This document shows positions 1 to 8,067 of a stretch of DNA of 24,000 nucleotides, in pieces; position 1 is the stretch's first letter, and each line of letters opens with the position of its first letter. Origin of the DNA: Propionibacteriaceae bacterium (GTDB taxonomy: Bacteria > Actinomycetota > Actinomycetes > Propionibacteriales > Propionibacteriaceae); NCBI GenBank assembly GCA_035253925.1, contig DATFBI010000007.1, forward strand, positions 1 to 24,000. The letters run 5' to 3'. The notes beneath the pieces are model-generated. The model had not been told where the DNA came from. It saw nothing but the letters and a program-made list of their open reading frames with translations, and ran no database searches. The translations under genes were made by a program, and so were the position numbers.

Positions 1-447
1 GTGGTCGGTGAAGATCGGTGGACCAAACCCTTGGTAGAAGGCAAGACCATCGGCGAAGTAGGCGATGCCTTTGACGGTGACCTGCTCGGCGAAGACCCTA
101 AGTCCGCAACTATAGCGGCGGCCGATGAGGCGTTGAATGCCGTCGCCGAAAGGCTTCCGGCAGGTGGAAAGGTGCACCTTTCCTACGGCGAGGAGGACAT
201 TGAGGAATACGTTCGCCAGCTCGTTGCTGAGCACGTCATTCACGGCTGGGATTTAGCCGTTGCGACTGGTCAACATCGCACGCTTGACCCCGAGCTAGTG
301 GCGGAGGTTGCCGCCTGGTTCCGCGACCGCGAAAACGGTTATCGGGATGGCGGATCGATAGCAGAAAGGCCAACCTCAGCGCAGGGTGGCGACCCGCAAG
401 CTGATCTGTTGATTGCCTTCGGGCGTAATCCCGATTGGGCGCCTTAA
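1..447 (+). CDS. C-terminal part of a DinB-fold / mycothiol maleylpyruvate-isomerase-N-domain-like protein (TIGR03086-type); 5' end lies outside the window
   Basis: ORF is open from position 1 to TAA 445-447. The peptide ...EYVRQLVAEHVIHGWDLAVATGQHRTLDPELVAEVAAWF... resembles the actinobacterial TIGR03086/MDMPI-like family as I remember it. The family name is from memory, not a search. Confidence 0.5.
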   Translation: MVGEDRWTKPLVEGKTIGEVGDAFDGDLLGEDPKSATIAAADEALNAVAERLPAGGKVHLSYGEEDIEEYVRQLVAEHVIHGWDLAVATGQHRTLDPELVAEVAAWFRDRENGYRDGGSIAERPTSAQGGDPQADLLIAFGRNPDWAP

Positions 448-1178
448 CCGGTGTATGCGCTCACGCCGAGTAAGCGGTCGACTGTGGTGAATCGATAACC
501 TCGATCCGCCAGCCGTTCGATCAACGGGCCCACCGCCGCCACGCTTTGATCTCGCAAACCACCACGTGCCTCACGCCCGTCATGAAAGATCAAGATCGCA
601 CCAGGTCGCGCGAGCCTGGCAGCTGAATTGGTCAGGCTGACGGCGGCCGGCTGGAAGATTTCCAGAGGATGAACGAAGGTTCCGGATACAACCTCGAGTC
701 CGTGCTGCCGCAGACTGCTCAATACCCAGGGCCAATGGCAAAGCCAGGGCGGCCGATAAAGCGCTGGCGTCACCCCGGCGACCGAGTAGAACACTTCCTG
801 GGAACGGCTGATCTCGATCTCTTGCCGGGGCTGCTTGAAATAGCTAGTGAGCGAGTGGCTGTAGCTGTGATTGCCCAGTACGTGGCCGCTCTGAACCAGG
901 CGTCGGGTGGTGGATGGAAAACGTTGTGCGCAACGCCCGACCTGGAAAAACGTCGCTTTCACCTGGTAGGCGTCCAAGGTGTCGAGCAGGCGGGAGGTAT
1001 AGGGCTCGTTAGGCCCGTCATCGAAGGTCAGCGCGACAACTTTTTCCTCGGTCTCGATCTCGTATGGAAATGAGCCGAAGATCTGGGAGCGCGGTCGGAA
1101 GCCGGTCCAGTACACCGCGGCCCCAACCGCGGATACGCCGAGTGCAGCGGCCCGCACCGCTACTGCGAGTCGGTTCAC
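444..1178 (-). CDS. polysaccharide deacetylase (NodB homology domain, CE4 type) with N-terminal membrane anchor
   Basis: NodB-type motifs ALTFDDGP, GNHSYSH, LYRPPW and ILIFHDG; hydrophobic N-terminus LAVAVRAAALGVSAVGAAVYW. Start placed at GTG 1178 because it overlaps the upstream gene's stop as GTGA (1175-1178). The longest ORF reaches GTG 1262, and ATG 1241 is also possible. Confidence 0.85.
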   Translation of the reverse strand: MNRLAVAVRAAALGVSAVGAAVYWTGFRPRSQIFGSFPYEIETEEKVVALTFDDGPNEPYTSRLLDTLDAYQVKATFFQVGRCAQRFPSTTRRLVQSGHVLGNHSYSHSLTSYFKQPRQEIEISRSQEVFYSVAGVTPALYRPPWLCHWPWVLSSLRQHGLEVVSGTFVHPLEIFQPAAVSLTNSAARLARPGAILIFHDGREARGGLRDQSVAAVGPLIERLADRGYRFTTVDRLLGVSAYTG

Positions 1179-1620
1179 GGGTTGTGCCAGGAATCGACCA
1201 GACGGTCGAACAGGAATGTGGGGTATGCCTTCGCCCACCATGAAGGGTTCTCGTACCGGCACGGACCGGCAACAGCGATGACCTGCTCGGAAGCGGCGAA
1301 GCCAGCATCGATCGTGCGCAACCAGTCTCGCGGCTGAATAGTGTCGGCGTCGGTGGAAATGATGATCTCGCCGCGGGCATGATCAGCTCCCCGCTGCCGG
1401 GCTGCGCAGACGCCTTGCCGGAGTTCCCTGACGACAGGTACGCCACACCGCGCAGCCACGGCCGCAGTGTCGTCGGTGCTGTTGTTGTCTACCACGATGA
1501 TCTCGTAGTCCCGTCGTAATCTTGGTGCTGCAACGGATGCAGTGCGCGGCATAAATAGGCCGCTTCGTTGTAAGCCGGGATGATGATCGAGAACCGCAGG
1601 TGATCGCCCCGCTGATCCAT
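1175..1620 (-). pseudogene. family-2 glycosyltransferase split by a frameshift (or an assembly indel) near 1510-1512
   Basis: The GT2 N-terminal signature RFSIIIPAYNEAAYL...LQHQDYDG lies in the frame of ORF 1489..1992 and stops at 1489. The expected continuation DYEIIVVDNNSTDDT...STDADT (DXD)...AVAGPCRYEN lies in the frame of ORF 1175..1693. ATG 1620 is preceded by AAGGAG with a 5-nt spacer. The two frames meet at a GGG run on the coding strand (CCC 1510-1512 on +). Confidence 0.6.
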
Positions 1621-1810
1621 CCCCACTCCTTCGCTCATCACCCCGCGCCGCGCCGTGGTAACTCCACCCATTGGTGTGTAGCCAGCACAACACTTTAGGG
1701 GAAGCGACCTTCCGCCGCCGGAGGTCTGATAAGAACGGTCGAATCGTCTAGAGAAACAAGAAGGGTCATTTCCGGCCGCAACAAGAATGATCAGGCTTAA
1801 TGGCAGCCCC

Positions 1811-3463
1811 TCAGATCCAACTCCTAAACCACATTCGCGACAGCCATTTCGGATAAGGCAAGAGTTCGTCAGTGAGGATTGGATAGATATAGGCAAAATT
1901 GGCAGCGACAAGGGCCACGAACGCTCCGATGACGATTGCGGCGACCATACGTCGATCTCCCGCTTGAGCGTCGCCCAGCATCCATCCGGCACATAGTGCC
2001 ACGGCCATTACCGAGAACGGGATGATCGAGGTCGCGTAGAAGAAGAACAGCGGACGAGAATCGAATACGAACCACGGCAGCCAGCTGCTCAAGACACCGA
2101 CCACCGGAATTCCGAAGCGCCAATCCCGGCCCCCTACCCATAAGATTGCTGCGGCAACTAGTGCGAAGACTGCAACCCACCACAACGCTGGTGTTCCGAT
2201 ACCGCTGATCACTCGTATGCAGTTGTCAGGCCCAAGGCAGCCGTCGGTTCCTGGCTTAATGCCGTTGACGGCGTCGATCCCGATCGGGCGTGCCACGATG
2301 AGCCAGCCGGCGGGATCGGCGCGGTAGGTGTGCTGCGCATTGTTGATGAAGTCGCCGGTGTGAAAGTTCCAGATGTCGTACTGGTAGTGCAGCAGCGATG
2401 CCAGCGGTTTACCGAGCAGGCGAACCGTGACATGCTCCGGATGCTGTTCTCCCCACATTCGGCCGTAGCCTCCGGTGCTCATCAACCAGCTGGCCCAGGT
2501 ACCGACGTACACCACCAGGCTCACGACGACTATGGAGAGAAAGGCGGGTATGCCGTCTCGGAAAATCGCGAACTTGGCCCGTGATCCGGCGCCGGCGAGG
2601 CGTCGCGCGCCTACGTCCCAGGCCAGTGAGAGCAGCGCAAACGCGGCAAGTGGAAATAGTGCGTTCCATTTAGTTCCTAGGGCTAGTCCGAAGCAAAGCC
2701 CAGCGGCGATGCGCCACGGACGCAGAATCAAGGCAGGGCCGAACCGGCCACCAAGATCAGGAAGCTCGCGACGCTCAAGATAGCGGGCAAGTCGATTTCG
2801 GAACCATTCACGGTCAGCGACCAGGCAGGCAACCGCAGCCACCAAGAAGAAGGCCATGAAGATGTCGAGCAGCGCGATACGTGACATCACGAATTCAAGC
2901 CCGTCGAAGGTGAGCAAGATACCGGCTAGGCCTCCGATCATGGTCGACTTGGAAACCCGGCGGACCAGCCGGATGGTGATCATGATCAGGAGAGTGCCGA
3001 AGACCAGGGACGCAAACCGCCAGCCGAAGGAGTTCATGCCGAACAGCTGCTCGCCGCCGGCGATCAGCCACTTCCCAAGCTGGGGATGTACGACGAATGC
3101 GCCAGTGTCCTGCATAACATTGACGTCGCCGTTGATGATCTTGGCGTTGGCGTCGCTCGGCCAGTCACGCTCGTAACCGAACTTCAGCAGCGAGTATGCG
3201 TCCTTTGCGTAGTAGGTCTCGTCGAAGACGAGCTTGTTCGGATAACCGAGGTTGACGTAACGGATGACAAAGGCGATTGCGCCGATGATCAGGGTCACGA
3301 TCCAGCCATTGATGCGATCGGTCGGCATCGCGACCCGCAGCCGCTCGATAGTGCTCGGCGGATTCGGTGGCCAGTCTGGCAGGACAGACCCTGTTGAGCC
3401 TCGAATGACGGCGTCGGCCGGTATCAGCAACCCTTTCTCAGACTCCAGGACCTGGCGCGTCAC
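1811..3463 (-). CDS. pmt: protein O-mannosyltransferase (PMT-family, polyprenol-phosphate-mannose dependent, multi-pass membrane protein)
   Basis: Many hydrophobic segments plus DRINGWIVTL, VFDETYYAKDAYS, HPQLGKWLIA and FGWRF motifs typical of actinobacterial Pmt. It is divergent from rsmI, as in M. tuberculosis Rv1002c/Rv1003. The 687-aa ORF (to 3874) runs through rsmI and is too long. GTG 3463 was chosen; TTG 3430 and ATG 3328 are alternatives. Confidence 0.85.
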   Translation of the reverse strand: MTRQVLESEKGLLIPADAVIRGSTGSVLPDWPPNPPSTIERLRVAMPTDRINGWIVTLIIGAIAFVIRYVNLGYPNKLVFDETYYAKDAYSLLKFGYERDWPSDANAKIINGDVNVMQDTGAFVVHPQLGKWLIAGGEQLFGMNSFGWRFASLVFGTLLIMITIRLVRRVSKSTMIGGLAGILLTFDGLEFVMSRIALLDIFMAFFLVAAVACLVADREWFRNRLARYLERRELPDLGGRFGPALILRPWRIAAGLCFGLALGTKWNALFPLAAFALLSLAWDVGARRLAGAGSRAKFAIFRDGIPAFLSIVVVSLVVYVGTWASWLMSTGGYGRMWGEQHPEHVTVRLLGKPLASLLHYQYDIWNFHTGDFINNAQHTYRADPAGWLIVARPIGIDAVNGIKPGTDGCLGPDNCIRVISGIGTPALWWVAVFALVAAAILWVGGRDWRFGIPVVGVLSSWLPWFVFDSRPLFFFYATSIIPFSVMAVALCAGWMLGDAQAGDRRMVAAIVIGAFVALVAANFAYIYPILTDELLPYPKWLSRMWFRSWI

Positions 3464-3544
3464 TCGCCCATCGTAGGTGGCTTCGATCAGCGGAATGTGC
3501 CAACGACCACCCTCTGTCACAGCATGGTCTGAGAGTGTGGGGCA

Positions 3545-4414
3545 GTGGCCCCGGAAGACTCCGCAGGCGTCGTTGTCCTGGCTGCGACGCCAATCGGTGA
3601 CGTCGGCGATGCATCGCCACGGTTGGTAACTGAGCTGACTAATGCCGATGTGATTGCTGCGGAAGACACCCGCCGACTGCGGCGGCTGCTGGTACGCCTG
3701 GGAGTCGGGACGAAGGCACGAGTCGTGTCGTACTTCGAGGGCAACGAAACCAGCCGCACCGATGACCTGGTGCGGCTGCTCGAGCAAGGGGCTCGAGTGG
3801 TGGTAGTCACTGATGCTGGAATGCCGTCGGTTTCGGACCCCGGTTACCGACTGGTCGCCGCCGCGGTGGCGCACGGCTTCCGGGTTACGGCGGTGCCAGG
3901 GCCATCCGCAGTGCTGACAGCGTTGGCTGTGTCCGGGCTCCCGGTTGACCGGTTCTGCTTTGAGGGGTTTCTGCCACGTAAGGCTTCCGAACGTATGCGG
4001 CGGCTAGCCGAATTGGCGACCGAGCCGCGCACCATGGTCTTCTTCGAAGCTCCTCACCGCGCTGCCGCGACACTGTCGGCGATGGCGCTGGTCTTTGGAG
4101 CCGACCGGCCTGGCGCGGCTTGCCGAGAGCTCACCAAGGTTCACGAGGAAATTCGCCGCGGTTCGCTTCAGAAGTTGGCGGAATGGGCCAACTCAGAAAT
4201 GCGGGGCGAGCTGACTCTCGTGATTGGCGGTGCAACCGCGCCGACTGCCGATCTGGAGTCCGCGGCCAAGGAGGCGGTTGGCCTGGCGGCTGGCGGGATG
4301 AAGTTGAGGGCGGCGGTCGCGCAGGTTGCGCGGCAGCAAGGTTTGGCAAAGAACGCGCTCTATGATTTCGCGCTGAGAATAAGTCAGTCACGTCGCGATC
4401 AAGTGCAGAGTTGA
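3545..4414 (+). CDS. rsmI: 16S rRNA (cytidine1402-2'-O)-methyltransferase RsmI
   Basis: N-terminus GVVVLAATPIGDVGDASPRLVTELTNADVIAAEDTRR and later VVVVTDAGMPSVSDPG and TAVPGPSA are classic RsmI (tetrapyrrole-methylase fold) motifs. Starts at GTG 3545. Confidence 0.9.
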   Translation: MAPEDSAGVVVLAATPIGDVGDASPRLVTELTNADVIAAEDTRRLRRLLVRLGVGTKARVVSYFEGNETSRTDDLVRLLEQGARVVVVTDAGMPSVSDPGYRLVAAAVAHGFRVTAVPGPSAVLTALAVSGLPVDRFCFEGFLPRKASERMRRLAELATEPRTMVFFEAPHRAAATLSAMALVFGADRPGAACRELTKVHEEIRRGSLQKLAEWANSEMRGELTLVIGGATAPTADLESAAKEAVGLAAGGMKLRAAVAQVARQQGLAKNALYDFALRISQSRRDQVQS

Positions 4415-4417
4415 CGC

Positions 4418-5242
4418 GTGGAGCTACCTGACCTGCCCAATCCGCTGCCCGCGCCGGTAGTCGACTCGCATTGCCATCTGGATTCCACGCAGGCCAAATC
4501 TGGTCTGCAGCCTGAGGACGCGATCCGGCTGGCCGCTGAAGTGGGCGTAGCCAGAATCGTCCAGATCGGCTGTGACCCGGAAGGCTGCCGCTGGGCAGTG
4601 GAGGCTGCGGAACGTTGGACGTCGGTGGTTGCCGGAGTTGCCATCCATCCCAACGACGCCGCGCGAATGGGCGGCAATCTAGAGCGGGGTCTCGAGCTAG
4701 TGGAGTCGCTGGCCCAACGGTCCCGAGTCAGAGCGGTGGGGGAGACTGGGCTGGATTACTTCAGGACGCCCGATGCCAAGGGTCAGGCGGTGCAGCAGGA
4801 AGCATTCGCGGCTCACATCGCCTTCGCCAAGGCGTACCACAAGACCCTCGTTGTCCATGATCGCGACGCTCACCACGACATCTTCGGTGTGCTGGATTCA
4901 GAGGGTCCGCCAGCTCGGATTGTGATGCACTGCTTTTCCGGTGATGATCAATTCGCGCGGGACTGCCTGGACCGTGGCGCCTACCTTTCCTTCGCAGGCA
5001 CGATCACGTTCAAGAACAATGATCATTTGCGGGATGCCCTCGCTCTCACCCCCCTTGATCGAATACTGGTCGAAACCGATGCGCCCTACCTAGCCCCCAT
5101 GCCGGTACGGGGCAAGCCGAACGCGTCTTATCTGATACCCCATACCGTCCGATTCCTCGAGGCCTTGCTCGGAATCGATTTGGAGCGCGTGTGTCAGGCG
5201 CTCAATGACAACGCGGATGCGGCTTTTGGCGGGAGCTGGTAG
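4418..5242 (+). CDS. tatD: TatD-family metal-dependent hydrolase/DNase
   Basis: VVDSHCHLD near the N-terminus, then GETGLDY, VVHDRDAH, MHCFSG and ETDAPYLAP motifs. GTG start 3 nt after the rsmI stop. Confidence 0.9.
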   Translation: MELPDLPNPLPAPVVDSHCHLDSTQAKSGLQPEDAIRLAAEVGVARIVQIGCDPEGCRWAVEAAERWTSVVAGVAIHPNDAARMGGNLERGLELVESLAQRSRVRAVGETGLDYFRTPDAKGQAVQQEAFAAHIAFAKAYHKTLVVHDRDAHHDIFGVLDSEGPPARIVMHCFSGDDQFARDCLDRGAYLSFAGTITFKNNDHLRDALALTPLDRILVETDAPYLAPMPVRGKPNASYLIPHTVRFLEALLGIDLERVCQALNDNADAAFGGSW

Positions 5243-5245
5243 CCC

Positions 5246-5842
5246 ATGGAGTTCGCGGAGGTACTGCGTCGGCGCCGGATGATCCGTTCCTACACCACCA
5301 GGCCTGTGCCGCCGGATGCCCTGGAGGCGGTGCTTGCGGCAGCGCTCAGGGCACCATCCGCAGGCTTCACGCAGGGGATCTCGCTACTTGTGCTGCGGTC
5401 GGCCCGAGAGCGGGACGCTTTCTGGCGCGCCTGCGAAACCGCCGACAGCTCCTGGTTGCGGGGCATGCAGCTGGCACCCGTTCTGATTGCGGTTTGGACT
5501 TCGCAGGAGACCTACCTGGATCGGTACGCCGAGCCAGACAAAGGCTGGAACGACCGAGATCCGGCACGCTGGTCAGCGCCGTACTGGTTCATCGACGCTG
5601 GAATGGCCAGCATGGCTGCGCTGCTGTCCGCAGTCGACCACCATCTCGGGGCATGCTTCTTCGGCATTCCGGCCGATCGCATTGCGGCGGTACGCCAAGC
5701 ATTCGGTGTGCCAGCGAGCCAGCTGAGCGTCGGGGTAATCAGTCTTGGTTATCCGGCGGCGTCCGAGACGCGCATTATGGGCTCGCCAGCGCGACGGTCC
5801 CGGAAAGACGCAGCTGAGCTCATCCATCGGGGCGTTTGGTAA
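5246..5842 (+). CDS. nitroreductase-family protein
   Basis: N-terminus FAEVLRRRRMIRSYTTRPVPPDALEAVLAAALRAPSAGFTQG is the usual nitroreductase-fold opening. ATG 3 nt after the tatD stop, with GGGAG upstream. Confidence 0.8.
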   Translation: MEFAEVLRRRRMIRSYTTRPVPPDALEAVLAAALRAPSAGFTQGISLLVLRSARERDAFWRACETADSSWLRGMQLAPVLIAVWTSQETYLDRYAEPDKGWNDRDPARWSAPYWFIDAGMASMAALLSAVDHHLGACFFGIPADRIAAVRQAFGVPASQLSVGVISLGYPAASETRIMGSPARRSRKDAAELIHRGVW

Positions 5843-5852
5843 CGATTGGTTC

Positions 5853-5973
5853 AGCCGCGAGCGTCGGGAAATCCCGCACCGCCGTGCTGAGGAGGAGGGA
5901 GCGGAGGCGTTCTTTCCTCCGCGAGCGACGACGAAGTAGGTGGATTCCATGCGCGATTGCGCGAGCAGCTCAA
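5853..5973 (+). repeat. intergenic structured repeat, copy 1 (~120 bp)
   Basis: 110/121 identical (hand count, no indels) to 9013-9133. Ends AGCCGCGAGCG ... CGCGAGCAGCT. Central hairpin GCGGAGG-CGTTCTTT-CCTCCGC at 5901-5922. Confidence 0.9.
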
Positions 5974-6020
5974 CGGCGGCGTCGGCTAGGCATTTTTGGC
6001 GCACGGCGGGGGTCCTCCGT

Positions 6021-6026
6021 TATAAT
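6021..6026 (+). promoter_or_regulatory. candidate -10 box (TATAAT) for rpfB
   Basis: Exact TATAAT at 6021-6026, about 60 nt upstream of the preferred rpfB start. The only -35-like hexamer is TTGGCG at 5996-6001, with a long 19-nt spacer. A hairpin CGAGGTCC...GGACC(GA)CTCG (6044-6073) follows, directly before the GGGGGAA ribosome-binding site. Confidence 0.3.
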
Positions 6027-6084
6027 TTCGTGACAGTTGACATCGAGGTCCAGATCACTGACGGACCGACTCGGGGGAATTGCT

Positions 6085-7200
6085 GTGCGCAAGATCATTC
6101 CTGTGGTCGCCGCTGGAGCGACCGCACTAGCGCTGGCTGGGACAACTTTCGGCTACGCGAACCTCAACAAATCCGTGACACTCTCAGTCGACGGCCAAAC
6201 CACAGAACTTCGAACCAGCGCTGACACCGTGGCGGCGCTGTTGCAGAGCAGGGGAATCGATGTTAGCGGCCACGACGTGGTGGCACCCGGCTTGGATGCC
6301 GAGATAGCGGAGGGTACTCGGGTCGCAGTGAAGTTCGGCCGCCAGGTCACCTTCACCATTGATGGCGCAACGCAGACCATTTGGACTACTGCAACGACAG
6401 TCAATGATGCGCTCAACGCACTGACTGTTGATCTTTCCGGCGCAGAGCTGTCCACCAGTCGCAGTTCGAGCATCGGACGCGAAGGCCTGACTATCGTGAT
6501 CGCCACGCAGAAGAAGATCATCATTATTGATGCGGGCAAGAAGCGCACGATCACAACCACCGGACAAACGCTGGCCGATGCGTTGGCGGCAGCCAAGATC
6601 AACGTGGATGGTGATGACAAGCTGAGCGCCAGCCCGAAGACTCGCCTGGTCAACGGAGCGAAGTTCACCTTTACTGACGTTGAGGTCAGATCCAAGACCA
6701 AGAAGGTCAAGGTGGACTTCGATACCGTTCGCAAGGAGTCAAGCACGCTCCGGAAGGGTGTCACCAAGGTCGACACGCCTGGCGAGCGGGGTGTCCGTGC
6801 GGTGACCTACAAAATCGTTCGGCACAACGGCGAGATCGTCAAGCGCACTAAGATCAAATCTAAGTTGATCGACAAGCCGGTGACTGAGGTGATCTTGGTT
6901 GGTACTAAGAAGACTACGACTGCCCCAACGAGGAAGAGCTCTTCCGGCTCCAGCACGCCGTCAGGCAGTGTCTGGGACAAGCTCGCCGAATGCGAGTCCG
7001 GCGGCAACTGGTCGATCAACACTGGGAACGGCTACTACGGCGGCCTGCAGTTCAGCCTTAGTACCTGGCGTGCGCACGGCGGCTCTGGCATGCCTCATCA
7101 GGCGAGCCGTGAGGAGCAGATTCGGATAGCCAAGAAGGTCCAGGCGTCGCAGGGTTGGGGTGCTTGGCCAGCCTGCTCAGCCAAGTTGGGTTTGCGCTAG
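6085..7200 (+). CDS. rpfB: resuscitation-promoting factor RpfB-type (3x DUF348 + G5 + Rpf lytic-transglycosylase-like domain)
   Basis: C-terminal catalytic block [37 protein letters not shown]...QGWGAWPAC. Upstream are repeated V(T/K)L.VDG...DV. modules (DUF348-like) and a Lys-rich G5-like segment. N-terminal signal/anchor [19 protein letters not shown] 6085 is preceded by GGGGGAA; the ORF track start TTG 6037 is an alternative. Confidence 0.9.
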   Translation: MRKIIPVVAAGATALALAGTTFGYANLNKSVTLSVDGQTTELRTSADTVAALLQSRGIDVSGHDVVAPGLDAEIAEGTRVAVKFGRQVTFTIDGATQTIWTTATTVNDALNALTVDLSGAELSTSRSSSIGREGLTIVIATQKKIIIIDAGKKRTITTTGQTLADALAAAKINVDGDDKLSASPKTRLVNGAKFTFTDVEVRSKTKKVKVDFDTVRKESSTLRKGVTKVDTPGERGVRAVTYKIVRHNGEIVKRTKIKSKLIDKPVTEVILVGTKKTTTAPTRKSSSGSSTPSGSVWDKLAECESGGNWSINTGNGYYGGLQFSLSTWRAHGGSGMPHQASREEQIRIAKKVQASQGWGAWPACSAKLGLR

Positions 7201-7204
7201 CGCA

Positions 7205-8053
7205 GTGGCGGATGGGCTGCTGGATCCCACGTCGTTACGTGAGCTGGCCAGTCAGCTGAGCCTCCGCCCGAGCAAGCAGCGTGGCCAGAACTTCGTCACT
7301 GACGCGAACACGGTACGACGAATCGTCGCCGCATCTGGGGTCACCGATGACGACACCGTCCTCGAGGTCGGGCCAGGTCTGGGCTCGTTGACCCTCGGCT
7401 TGTTGGAGGCAGTTCATCGAGTGATCGCTATCGAAATCGATGATGTGCTCGCCACGCAGCTGCCTCGTACCGTGGCCGCGCGACTGCCGGAGCGGGCTGA
7501 TGCGCTCACCGTGATCAACGCCGACGCACTGCATGTCGACACGCTGCCCAACTCGCCGACAGCGGTTGTTGCCAACCTGCCCTACAACGTCGCAGTGCCG
7601 GTGCTGCTGCACTTGCTGGCGAGGTTCGAGACGTGGCGTCGTGGCCTGGTGATGGTGCAGGCCGAAGTAGCAGACCGGCTGGCGGCAGGACCAGGATCAA
7701 GAACCTATGGCGTTCCGTCAGTCAAGGTCGCCTGGTACGCCACCGCAATCCGAGTAGGCACAGTGTCGCCGACGGTGTTCTGGCCGGTGCCCAACGTCGA
7801 GTCTGGGCTGGTGGCCATTGAGCGCCGCCAGCAACCGGAGACCAGGGCATCGCGTGCCCAGGTATTCGCCATTATTGATGCTGCTTTCGGTCAGCGGCGA
7901 AAGATGCTGCGCTCGGCACTTGCCGGGCTGGCTGGCTCCTCGGCGGCGGCCAGCGCCGCTATTTCGGCAGCTGGCCTGGATCCCAAAACGCGAGGGGAAA
8001 TGCTGGACGTAGCCGACTTCGCTCGCATCGCTGAGCAGCTTTTCCAGGCCTAG
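7205..8053 (+). CDS. rsmA: 16S rRNA (adenine1518/1519-N6)-dimethyltransferase RsmA/KsgA
   Basis: [44 protein letters not shown] and FGQRRK motifs. GTG 7205 lies just after the rpfB stop. GTG 7160, which would overlap rpfB by 41 nt, is the alternative. Confidence 0.9.
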   Translation: MADGLLDPTSLRELASQLSLRPSKQRGQNFVTDANTVRRIVAASGVTDDDTVLEVGPGLGSLTLGLLEAVHRVIAIEIDDVLATQLPRTVAARLPERADALTVINADALHVDTLPNSPTAVVANLPYNVAVPVLLHLLARFETWRRGLVMVQAEVADRLAAGPGSRTYGVPSVKVAWYATAIRVGTVSPTVFWPVPNVESGLVAIERRQQPETRASRAQVFAIIDAAFGQRRKMLRSALAGLAGSSAAASAAISAAGLDPKTRGEMLDVADFARIAEQLFQA

Positions 8054-8067
8054 ATAACCTCCCAGTC

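Noticed and set aside
1706-1726. Hairpin GACCT(T)CCG-CCGC-CGGAGGTC as the pmt terminator
   Set aside because: It is only 8 bp with a bulge and has no U-tract on the minus-strand transcript. It could equally be chance in GC-rich DNA, so it is not reported as a feature.
3464-3874. N-terminal 137 codons of the 687-aa ORF 1811..3874 (minus strand), a possible long Pmt extension
   Set aside because: It runs antisense through the well-supported rsmI N-terminus (from 3545). The peptide is low-complexity with no membrane or PMT features, and pmt and rsmI are normally divergent neighbours. The true start is placed at 3463, or possibly 3430 or 3328.
5836-6033. Small ORFs sharing peptides such as ASVGKSR..LRRRE (5836..6033 +, 9044..9460 +, 13659..13955 -), a possible small-protein family
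   Set aside because: The similarity comes from the DNA repeat. The frames are not preserved beyond the repeat, the peptides are Arg-rich translations of GC-rich DNA, 9044..9460 is antisense to marR, and substitutions between copies show no synonymous bias.
5843-6084. ydaO-type cyclic-di-AMP riboswitch upstream of the rpf gene
   Set aside because: I could not find the conserved ydaO core strings as I remember them, and most of the region is occupied by the dispersed repeat. This needs a covariance-model scan to be certain.
6153-6776. 207-aa ORF antisense to rpfB
   Set aside because: It lies entirely inside the strongly supported rpfB coding region, has a Ser/Thr/Val-rich low-complexity translation, and has no start context. 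This is a typical shadow ORF.
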